This document shows positions 56,769 through 64,000 of a stretch of DNA of 64,000 nt, in pieces. The position numbers and the translations under genes were made by a program. Origin of the DNA: Acidobacteriota bacterium (GTDB lineage: Bacteria > Acidobacteriota > Vicinamibacteria > Marinacidobacterales > Marinacidobacteraceae); the NCBI GenBank assembly GCA_022826825.1, contig JAJDUD010000063.1:196512-260511 (forward strand), written 5' to 3'. Position 1 is the stretch's first letter. Every line of letters begins with the position of its first letter. The notes beneath the pieces are model-generated. The model did no database searches, was not told where the DNA came from, and was given only the letters and a program-made list of their open reading frames with translations.

Positions 56769-58547
56769 CTACCCGAGCGGCGGACGGTGGTGATGCACCC
56801 CAAGCCGCTCCTCGAGCGCCCGGGCTAACGCGAGGATCGTCCCCTCTTCGAAGAGTCGGCCGTGAAAAGCCACGTTACGGGTGATCGTGTGCGGCTCTCC
56901 CCGCGGATCGTCGGGAATCGGGCCCGCGCTTCGGGTCGGGCTCTCGTCGAGGCCGGCGCGCAGGCTGATCCCCGGGTGTCCCGTGTAGTTCATCGCCATC
57001 AGCAGCTCGAACGAGCCGTAGGTCGGGGCGAACAGCGCGTCCACGTCGCTGTAGATGCGGTGGAAATCGTGCATGAGGCCGCGCCGGAGACGCTCGGCCT
57101 GCAAGTAGTCGACCGCGGACAGCAGGCGGACGCGGCGCCAGGCGCCGGGCCACCCCTCGGGCGGCAGCTGATCGTCGCGGCCATCGAGGGTGAGCGCCTC
57201 GTAGATCGTGGCGGCCTCGACGTAGAGGTTCGGGATCAGCGCCTGGTAGGGGAACGGCGGCAGCTCCACCTCGACCAGCTCGACGCCGAGTTCGCGGAGC
57301 GCGTCGAGTGCGTTGCGGTGGGCGTCGGCGACCGGCACTGAGGCTCCGGGACCGAACCCGACCTCGCGGAACCAGTCCGGTGAGTATCCCACGCGGACGG
57401 CAGCGGGATCGATGCGGGCGTCGTATTCGAAGCCCATGTTGATGGAGGACGCCGATGTCGGATCGGGTCCGTTGATCGCGGCCATGACGGGCACCGCATC
57501 CTCGACGCGACGGGTGAGGGGCCCGATCCGGTCGAGGCTGGGGGTCAGTGGCATGGCGCCCTCCGTCGGCACCCGCCCGAAGGTCGCGCGCAGGCCGACG
57601 ATGCCGCACTGGTCGGCGGGGTTGAGGATCGACCCCAGGCTGTCGGTGCCGATCGAGAACGAGCACAGCCCGGCGGCGGTGGCGGACCCCGGCCCGGCGC
57701 TGGAGCCCCCCGCGTGCTCCTCGGTGTTCCAAGGGTTGCGGACCTTCCCGCCGTACCAGCGGTAGCCGTTAGCGAGGCTGGCGGTGGCGAGCTTGCCGAG
57801 TAAGACGGCTCCGGCCTCGCGGAGCATGGTGACGATGCGGGCGTCCCGGTCGGGAACTTGGTCACGGAAGGGGATCGCGCCCCAGGTGGTAGGGATTCCC
57901 GCGGTGTCGAAGCAGTCCTTGATGCCGTAGGGAATGCCGTGCAGTTCGCCGCGGTAGCGCCCGGCTGCGAGTTCGCGGTCGGACTCGTCCGCTTGTGCGA
58001 GCGCCTGGTCGGCGGTGACCGTGATGTAACAGTAGAGGCCGGGCGCGAGGCGCTCGATGCGCGACAGGTAGATCTCGGTGAGGCGGCGGCTGGTGAGCCG
58101 GCCCGTCCGGATCCAGTGGGCCTGCTCGCGGACCGAGGCGTAGGCGATGTCGGCCTCGGCGTCCGGGAGCGCGCCCGCCGCGCCGTCTGACACTTCGATG
58201 CGGTCCGCCTGCTCGGGATACGACACCCCGGGCAGGCGTGGATCGAAGGTGATGGCCGGCTGGAGGCTGAGTTCGCGCGGAACGTCGCGGAGCTGGAGGA
58301 CGCCTGCGACCTGGCCACCGATCGATTGGACGAGCTGATCGCGCTCTTCGGCGGTGTAGGTAACGCCGTGGAGCTTTTCGGCCTCGGCCAGCGTTCCGGC
58401 GGTGATGTCGGCGGCCGCGTTCGCCCCCGCTTCCGCGGGTGCGGCCGACCCGTCACCGGCGTCCGGCTGGCACGCGACGGTCCCCGCCGCGAGGGCGGCC
58501 GAGCTCGCCAGGAAGTCTCTGCGGGTGGTCCTGGGGTTCGATTTCAT
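56769..58547 (-). CDS. Amidase-signature family amidase with a Tat signal
   Basis: TRRDFLASSAALAAG Tat motif. GGSSAGPGSATAAG amidase signature. Strong RBS AAAGGAGG. Confidence 0.85.
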   Translation of the reverse strand: MKSNPRTTRRDFLASSAALAAGTVACQPDAGDGSAAPAEAGANAAADITAGTLAEAEKLHGVTYTAEERDQLVQSIGGQVAGVLQLRDVPRELSLQPAITFDPRLPGVSYPEQADRIEVSDGAAGALPDAEADIAYASVREQAHWIRTGRLTSRRLTEIYLSRIERLAPGLYCYITVTADQALAQADESDRELAAGRYRGELHGIPYGIKDCFDTAGIPTTWGAIPFRDQVPDRDARIVTMLREAGAVLLGKLATASLANGYRWYGGKVRNPWNTEEHAGGSSAGPGSATAAGLCSFSIGTDSLGSILNPADQCGIVGLRATFGRVPTEGAMPLTPSLDRIGPLTRRVEDAVPVMAAINGPDPTSASSINMGFEYDARIDPAAVRVGYSPDWFREVGFGPGASVPVADAHRNALDALRELGVELVEVELPPFPYQALIPNLYVEAATIYEALTLDGRDDQLPPEGWPGAWRRVRLLSAVDYLQAERLRRGLMHDFHRIYSDVDALFAPTYGSFELLMAMNYTGHPGISLRAGLDESPTRSAGPIPDDPRGEPHTITRNVAFHGRLFEEGTILALARALEERLGVHHHRPPLG

Positions 58548-58694
58548 GTCGCCCTCCCCTCCTTTGTTAGCGGAGCTCGTTCTCGCGCATCCATTCAAAG
58601 CGCTCGGGGCCGGGCCGGTCCGCACAGCCCCCCTGGATGAAGTTCCTGCCGAGGATATGGCCGTCGTCGACGAGGCGTTGGACCGGCTGGGCGC

Positions 58695-58790
58695 GGCTAC
58701 CCGCATTCGCGGAGCCGGCGGGCGCCAGCTACCCGCATTCGCGGGGCCGGTGAGCGGCAGCTACCCGCATTGACGGAGCCGGAAATGGCG
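58695..58790. repeat. Three 32-bp tandem direct repeats. Each is a 24-bp core (A/G)GCTACCCGCATT(C/G)(G/A)CGG(A/G)GCCGG plus an 8-bp variable spacer
   Basis: Direct reading: GGCTACCCGCATTCGCGGAGCCGG cgggcgcc AGCTACCCGCATTCGCGGGGCCGG tgagcggc AGCTACCCGCATTGACGGAGCCGG. Confidence 0.8.
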
Positions 58791-58816
58791 GAGCCGCCAG
58801 GAACGGTTGGCGTTCG

Positions 58817-60853
58817 CTAGTTTGGCTGCGCGTCGGTGGTCATCTCGTCCGTGACCGCGAAGCGCTCGAACCAGTTGCGGAGCAGGAGCTGCACCCGCAT
58901 GAAGTTCGTCGGGGGGCGGCTGCGGCTGTGCCAACTGTCGGTCAACCGCACCATGGCCGTCGGGATCTTCCGCATCTTGAGCGCCTTGTAGTACTGCTCG
59001 GTCTGCTCCATCGGAGTGCGGAGGTCCTTCTCCCCGGTCATGAGCATCGTCGGGGTGGTGACGTTGCCGACGTACATGAGCGTCGAACGGCGCAGGTGCT
59101 CCTCGGGGTCGTCCCAGGGCAGCTTCTCGAAGTTCCGGTACCAGCTCGCCCCGTCCGTCGTTCCCACGAAGCTGAACCAGTTCGTCACCGGCGCCTTCGA
59201 GACCGCGGCGGTGAAGCGGTCGGTGTTCCCCACGATCCACGAGGTCAGCACGCCGCCCCCGCTGCCCCCGTAAACGAACAGGTTGCGCTCGTCGATGTAG
59301 CCGCGCGCGATGACGTCGTCCACGCCGGCCAACAGGTCGTCGAGGTCCTTCCCGGGGTAGGCGTTCTTGATCTCGTTGCCGAACGAACTCCCATAGCCGC
59401 TGCTGCCGCGCGGGTTCGTGTAGAGCAGGACGTAGCCGTTCGCCGCGTGGTCCTGGTTCTTGAAGTCGAACCCGCTGTTGTACATGGCGTGCGGTCCACC
59501 GTGGATGCGGAGGATCAGCGGGTACTTGCGCGACGGATCGAAGTCGGGCGGCTTCACGATCCAGCCCTGGATGTCGAGCCCGTCCGGCGACTTGTACCAA
59601 ATCTCCTCGACCTCCCCGAGGGTGACCTCGGCGAGTATCGACGCGTTCGTGACGTGGAGGGTGGCCACCTCGTCGGGTGAATCCACCGAAAAGGCGACCA
59701 GATTCCCCGGGGTGTGGTACGAACTGACCACGCCCACCGCGGTCCCGTCGCCGCTCACGGTGGACACCGAGAGCATGTGGTTTCCGGAACTGACCGGACG
59801 GACCTCTCCGTCGAGCGGCGCCAGGTAGAGGTTATTCGTCCCCCGAAGCTGCGCGTTGAAATAGACGCCGCTCCCGTCGGCCGCCCAGCCGACGATGCCG
59901 GGACGGCGGCCCATCTCGGTGGCGATGACGCGCGGGTTCCCTCCGTCGGCGTCCATGACGTAGAGGCCCTCCTCGCGGTAGGTGTCCGTCGTGTGGTCCA
60001 TGCCGGTGTAGGCGATCATGCCGCCGTCCGGCGAGGGCACCGGCCCCGAGTCCGGACCGGTCCGGCTCGTCAGGGTGGTGATCCGGCCCGTGGCCACCTC
60101 GACCCGGTAGACCTCCGACTCGCGCCACGCGTGTTCGGCATCCGGAGTCCTCAGGGAGGTGAAGACGATCCCCGAGCCGTCACCGACGAACCGCGGCCCG
60201 TCGTGGTGGAAGTCACCGCTCGTGAGCTGGCGCGGGGTGCCCCCGTCGGCGCTCACGACGAAGATGTGCCGGAAGCCCCGCGGGTGGTACCCCAGTCCGT
60301 CGCGCCGGTAGTTCAGCCGGGTGACGATCCGCGGCGGCCCCGTCCACTCGGCGCCCTCGGGCGCCTTCGGCATGTCGATCGCCCACGCCGGGTCGGGCCC
60401 GGGGTCCACCACCGCCCGGAACGCGATGGAGCCGCTGTCGGGGGCCCAGACGATCTGGGACGGGGGGCTTTCGAGCCGGGTCACCTGGCTCTCGGCGCCC
60501 TCGGCGTCCATCCAGCGCACGAAGATCTGGCCGTCCCGAAGGAAGGCGACCCGGGTGCCGTCCGGCGACCAGCGCGGACTCCCGCCGTCGGTGAGGAAGC
60601 GGTTCTTCGAGCCGTCGGCGCCGATGAGCCAGAGTTCCGTCTTCAGACGGTCCTTCATGGCGTCCACGAAGCTGCGCTCGTACACGACATTGTCGCCGTC
60701 GGGAGAGATCCGGGGGCTCTGCACCGTCTCCCAGGAGAGGTAGTCGGCGAGCGCGAGCGGGCGCATGCCCTCCTGCGCGAATGCCGCCGTCGAAACAACG
60801 AGAGACAGGGCCGCCGCGGCGACCAGGGAACCTTTCAAGCTGTGAATCCGCAT
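58817..60853 (-). CDS. S9-family serine peptidase (prolyl oligopeptidase / dipeptidyl aminopeptidase-like) with an N-terminal beta-propeller, secreted
   Basis: Signal peptide MRIHSLKGSLVAAAALSLVVSTAAFA. PD40-like repeats. Nucleophile elbow in VYGGSGGG. RBS GGAGGTG. Confidence 0.8.
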   Translation of the reverse strand: MRIHSLKGSLVAAAALSLVVSTAAFAQEGMRPLALADYLSWETVQSPRISPDGDNVVYERSFVDAMKDRLKTELWLIGADGSKNRFLTDGGSPRWSPDGTRVAFLRDGQIFVRWMDAEGAESQVTRLESPPSQIVWAPDSGSIAFRAVVDPGPDPAWAIDMPKAPEGAEWTGPPRIVTRLNYRRDGLGYHPRGFRHIFVVSADGGTPRQLTSGDFHHDGPRFVGDGSGIVFTSLRTPDAEHAWRESEVYRVEVATGRITTLTSRTGPDSGPVPSPDGGMIAYTGMDHTTDTYREEGLYVMDADGGNPRVIATEMGRRPGIVGWAADGSGVYFNAQLRGTNNLYLAPLDGEVRPVSSGNHMLSVSTVSGDGTAVGVVSSYHTPGNLVAFSVDSPDEVATLHVTNASILAEVTLGEVEEIWYKSPDGLDIQGWIVKPPDFDPSRKYPLILRIHGGPHAMYNSGFDFKNQDHAANGYVLLYTNPRGSSGYGSSFGNEIKNAYPGKDLDDLLAGVDDVIARGYIDERNLFVYGGSGGGVLTSWIVGNTDRFTAAVSKAPVTNWFSFVGTTDGASWYRNFEKLPWDDPEEHLRRSTLMYVGNVTTPTMLMTGEKDLRTPMEQTEQYYKALKMRKIPTAMVRLTDSWHSRSRPPTNFMRVQLLLRNWFERFAVTDEMTTDAQPN

Positions 60854-61056
60854 CCGGACACCTCCGCTGATACGGCGCCGGCCGGCCGGCGCGTGGGCGA
60901 GCCAGTGTACGGGAGTCGGCCGTCCGATGCCGGGCCCCCATCGGCCCGCACCGGCCGGCTCTCCGAAACCCGGTTTAGTATCGAGAGCGCACGGCGATGC
61001 GGGGCGTCGAATCTCCACCCCGGAGTTCGTCCCCGAGGATCGCCGGAGAGGAGCCC

Positions 61057-62175
61057 ATGATGCACTGGACAACCGCGGACGGTCCCGTCTCGAGAGCGCG
61101 CGCGCTGTCGCTGCCGGCGCTGGTTTTCGTCCTCGCCGCGGCGTTCGGCTGCGCCCAGCCAGCCGTCGAGCCGGCGGCGGAAACCGTCTATCCGGGCGCG
61201 TCGTGGGAACGGATCGCCGATCCCGCGTCCGCCGGGTTCTCGGCCGAGGCGCTGGACGCGATCCACCCCTACGTGGACGGGATCAACACCACCGCGGTGA
61301 TGGCCGTGGTCGGGGGACGCGTCCTCTTCGAGCACGGGCCGATGGACTCGATCAGCTATCTCGCCTCGGTCCGCAAGAGCGTCCTCGCCATGCTCTACGG
61401 CAACTACGTGGAGAACGGGACGATCGATCTCGAACTCACCGTCGAGGAGCTGGGCATGGACGACGTCCAGGGCCTCCTCCCGATCGAGAAACAGGCGCGG
61501 GTGCTCGATCTCGTCACCGCGCGCTCCGGGGTCTATCACCCGGCCTCGAACTCGGGGGACAACCTCGCGGAAGCACCGCCCCGCGGCTCGCAGGAGCCCG
61601 GCACCTACTACCTGTACAGCAACTGGGACTTCAACGCGGCGGGCGCCGTCTTCGAACAGCTCACGGAGCAGAACATCTACGACGCGCTCGGCAGCGACCT
61701 CGCGGCCCCCCTCGGATTCGAGGACTGGCACCGGTGGATCCACCGCAAGTCGGGAGACGCGACCCGGTCGCGCAACCTCGCCTACCACATGAACCTCTCG
61801 ACCCGCGACATGGCCCGGATCGGCTACCTGATGCTGCGGGGCGGCGTCTGGGGGGAGGAGCGCGTGCTTCCCGAGGGATGGGCGGAGCGGATCTCCGGCC
61901 TGGTCACGCCGTCGGAGGAGATGAACCCGGAGAGCCGGCGCGGAGGCGAGTTCGGCTACGGCTACATGTGGTGGGTGTGGGACGGCCCGGCGGTGCCGGA
62001 GGCGTTCCGCGGCGCCTACACCGGACGCGGCGCCTGGGGCCAGTACATCACCGTCATCCCGTCGCTCGACATGGTCGTCGCGCACAAGACGGTGCCGGTG
62101 GTCCGCACGCCGTGGGACGACTACATGGGGATCCTCGACCGCCTCGTGGCCGCCCACTGCGGCGCCGCTTGCTGA
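61057..62175 (+). CDS. Beta-lactamase-fold serine hydrolase / esterase family protein, secreted lipoprotein
   Basis: Lipobox AAFGCA. SxxK motif in LASVRKS. RBS GGAGAGGAG. Confidence 0.7.
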   Translation: MMHWTTADGPVSRARALSLPALVFVLAAAFGCAQPAVEPAAETVYPGASWERIADPASAGFSAEALDAIHPYVDGINTTAVMAVVGGRVLFEHGPMDSISYLASVRKSVLAMLYGNYVENGTIDLELTVEELGMDDVQGLLPIEKQARVLDLVTARSGVYHPASNSGDNLAEAPPRGSQEPGTYYLYSNWDFNAAGAVFEQLTEQNIYDALGSDLAAPLGFEDWHRWIHRKSGDATRSRNLAYHMNLSTRDMARIGYLMLRGGVWGEERVLPEGWAERISGLVTPSEEMNPESRRGGEFGYGYMWWVWDGPAVPEAFRGAYTGRGAWGQYITVIPSLDMVVAHKTVPVVRTPWDDYMGILDRLVAAHCGAAC

Positions 62176-62197
62176 CGGCCCGGACCGAGGCCGCCTC

Positions 62198-63121
62198 GTG
62201 ACGGCCCACGGGACCCGGCCGGACTCCGGTCCGATCCTCGAAACCCTCGAATCCGAGGCGATCGAGATCCTGCGCGAGGGAGTGGCGGCGGCCGAGCGGC
62301 CGGTGATGCTCTATTCCATCGGCAAGGACTCTTCGGTCCTCCTTCATCTCGCCCGGAAGGCGTTCTGGCCGGCGCCGGTTCCCTTCCCGCTCCTCCACAT
62401 CGACACCGGCTGGAAGTTCCGCGAGATGATCGAGTTCCGGGACCGGACGGCCGCGGAACCCGGACTGGAACTGCGGGTCCACACCAACCAGGAGGGGCGC
62501 AAGGCGGGGATCAACCCCTTCGATCACGGCTCGGAGCACTACACCGACGTGATGAAGACCGAGGCTCTCCGCCAGGCGCTCGACGCCGGCCGCTACGACG
62601 TCATCTTCGGCGGCGCCCGCCGGGACGAAGAGCGTTCCCGCGCCAAGGAACGGGTCTTTTCGCTCCGCAACCACAACCACCAGTGGGACCCGAAGGCGCA
62701 ACGCCCGGAGATCTGGAACCTCTACAACACCCGCCCGCGTCCCGGCGAGTCGCTGCGCGTCTCCCCGCTCTCCAACTGGACCGAGGGCGACGTCTGGCGC
62801 TACGTCGCCGCCGAGCGGATCCCCGTCGTCCCGCTCTACTTCGCGAGGGAGCGCCCGGTCGTCGAGCGTGACGGCGGGCTCATCCTGGTGGACGACGAGC
62901 GGTTGCCCCTCGGTCCCGGCGAAACGCCCCGGATGTGCCGGGTCCGCTTCCGCACCCTCGGCTGCTACCCGCTGAGCGCCGCGGTGGAGAGCGCGGCCGG
63001 CACCGTCGAAGGGGTCCTGGCCGAGACGCTGGCCGCGGACCAGTCCGAACGCCGGGGCCGGGTGATCGACCACGACGGCGAGGGGTCCATGGAGCGGAAG
63101 AAGCGCGAGGGGTACTTCTGA
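62198..63121 (+). CDS. cysD: Sulfate adenylyltransferase subunit 2
   Basis: [16 protein letters not shown] is a PAPS-reductase-like PP-loop. GTG start. Confidence 0.9.
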   Translation: MTAHGTRPDSGPILETLESEAIEILREGVAAAERPVMLYSIGKDSSVLLHLARKAFWPAPVPFPLLHIDTGWKFREMIEFRDRTAAEPGLELRVHTNQEGRKAGINPFDHGSEHYTDVMKTEALRQALDAGRYDVIFGGARRDEERSRAKERVFSLRNHNHQWDPKAQRPEIWNLYNTRPRPGESLRVSPLSNWTEGDVWRYVAAERIPVVPLYFARERPVVERDGGLILVDDERLPLGPGETPRMCRVRFRTLGCYPLSAAVESAAGTVEGVLAETLAADQSERRGRVIDHDGEGSMERKKREGYF

Positions 63122-64000
63122 TGCTCCCGCCGCTCCGCTTCGTACTGTGCGGCAGCGTGGACGACGGCAAGAGCACGCTCATCGGCCGCCTGCTGCACGA
63201 GTGCCGGGCGGTCTTCGAGGACCAGGCCCGGGCAGCGGCGGAGGCGTCCCGCCGCTACGGCACCCAGGGCGACGCCACCGACCTGGCGCTCCTCATGGAC
63301 GGCCTCATGGCCGAACGGGAACAGGGCATCACGATCGACGTCGCCTACCGCCGTTTCGAGACGCCGCGGCGGCAGTTCTTCGTGGCCGACGCGCCCGGCC
63401 ACGAGCAGTACACCCGCAACATGGCGACCGGCGCCTCGACGGCCGACCTCGCGGTGGTCCTCGTGGACGCGGAGAAGGGCGTGCTGCCCCAGACCGCCCG
63501 CCACAGCCGGATCGCCGGCATGCTCGGCATCCGTCACGTGGTGCTCGCGGTGAACAAGATGGATCGCGTCGCCTGGGACCCGGCCCGCTTCGACGCCATC
63601 GCCGCCGCCTACGAGGCGGTGGCCACCGAAACCGGGATCACCAGGACGCAGGCGATCCCGCTCTCGGCGCTCGACGGGGGAGGCGTGACGCGGCGCGCGG
63701 CGCCGGCCGCCTGGTTCTCCGGGCCAACGCTGCTCGAGCACCTCGAGACGGTGGAGATCGCACCGCCCGCCGGAGAGGCCGCCTTCCGCATGCCGGTCCA
63801 GTACGTGAACCGTCCGAACCCGGGTTTCCGGGGGTACTGCGGCCGCATCGCGGCGGGAGCGGTCGCGCCGGGCGACCGCGTCCGGATCTTCCCGTCGGGC
63901 GCCGAGACCGCCGTGGCGCGCATCGTCGTCTGGAAGGGCGAGCGCGAGCGGGCGGAACGCGGCGACTCGGTCACGCTGGTCCTGAAGGACGATCGGGACG
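63121..64000 (+). CDS. cysN: Sulfate adenylyltransferase subunit 1 (GTPase), partial at the window end
   Basis: The frame from ATG 63121 reads [24 protein letters not shown]...DAPGHEQYTRNM...NKMD, which are GTPase G1-G4 motifs. It runs off the window. Confidence 0.9.
   Translation, partial: MLPPLRFVLCGSVDDGKSTLIGRLLHECRAVFEDQARAAAEASRRYGTQGDATDLALLMDGLMAEREQGITIDVAYRRFETPRRQFFVADAPGHEQYTRNMATGASTADLAVVLVDAEKGVLPQTARHSRIAGMLGIRHVVLAVNKMDRVAWDPARFDAIAAAYEAVATETGITRTQAIPLSALDGGGVTRRAAPAAWFSGPTLLEHLETVEIAPPAGEAAFRMPVQYVNRPNPGFRGYCGRIAAGAVAPGDRVRIFPSGAETAVARIVVWKGERERAERGDSVTLVLKDDRD

Noticed and set aside
58695-58790. CRISPR array
   Set aside because: There are only three units. The spacers are 8 bp. 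No cas genes lie in or near the region. The period is 32 bp, not the typical 60-70 bp.

Overview
This is a 64 kb stretch of a bacterial chromosome with about 70% GC. Translation shows DUF58, MoxR, VWA, TIGR03436-type, PSCyt1-like and TolB/PD40 domains. That pattern suggests a Gemmatimonadota- or Acidobacteriota-like organism. The lineage is an inference and was not verified. The window is gene-dense on both strands. Many short operons show ATGA/GTGA start-stop overlaps. I found no transposase, integrase, CRISPR array, rRNA or tRNA.

Housekeeping blocks are ppk1 and a ribosomal cluster (rplM-rpsI, then rpsB-tsf-pyrH-frr-thrC), with cysD and the start of cysN at the right edge.

The accessory content is heavy on peptidases and amidohydrolases. 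A D-aminoacylase sits beside an M24 aminopeptidase. There is a GGT, an amidase-signature enzyme, an S9 prolyl-oligopeptidase-like protein and a beta-lactamase-fold hydrolase. An M1 aminopeptidase is fused to an ABC-2 permease. There is also a TolB-like propeller fused to a CehA/PHP-type hydrolase.

Other accessory loci:
- A PotABCD-like ABC importer with an MmgE/PrpD-family enzyme gene inserted between the binding-protein and ATPase genes.
- A Gfo/Idh/MocA oxidoreductase paired with a DUF1080 protein, and a PhoX-like phosphatase.
- A four-gene secreted operon encoding an HMBD metal-binding protein, a CxxCH protein, a helical protein and a VWA protein.
- A MoxR-DUF58 pair.
- Two VapBC-type toxin-antitoxin pairs.
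- A class-II Fic AMPylator divergent from a TIGR00027 methyltransferase, with a perfect 11-bp inverted repeat between them.

The most distinctive non-coding signal is a family of GC-rich mosaic REP/BIME-like repeats, each with two hairpins. The stems vary between copies but stay palindromic. The flanks (GGAGTTTCG, GATGCC, GCTCC, GTTCCAAGCCG) are conserved. Copies lie in at least 8 intergenic regions, often as inverted pairs between convergent genes.

Also notable are three 32-bp tandem direct repeats upstream of the amidase gene. A small membrane protein gene carries four in-frame 21-bp repeats. A 610-bp GC-depressed non-coding region lies upstream of the PhoX-like gene.

In this GC-rich sequence, many long ORFs in the six-frame track are antisense or out-of-frame artefacts and were rejected.
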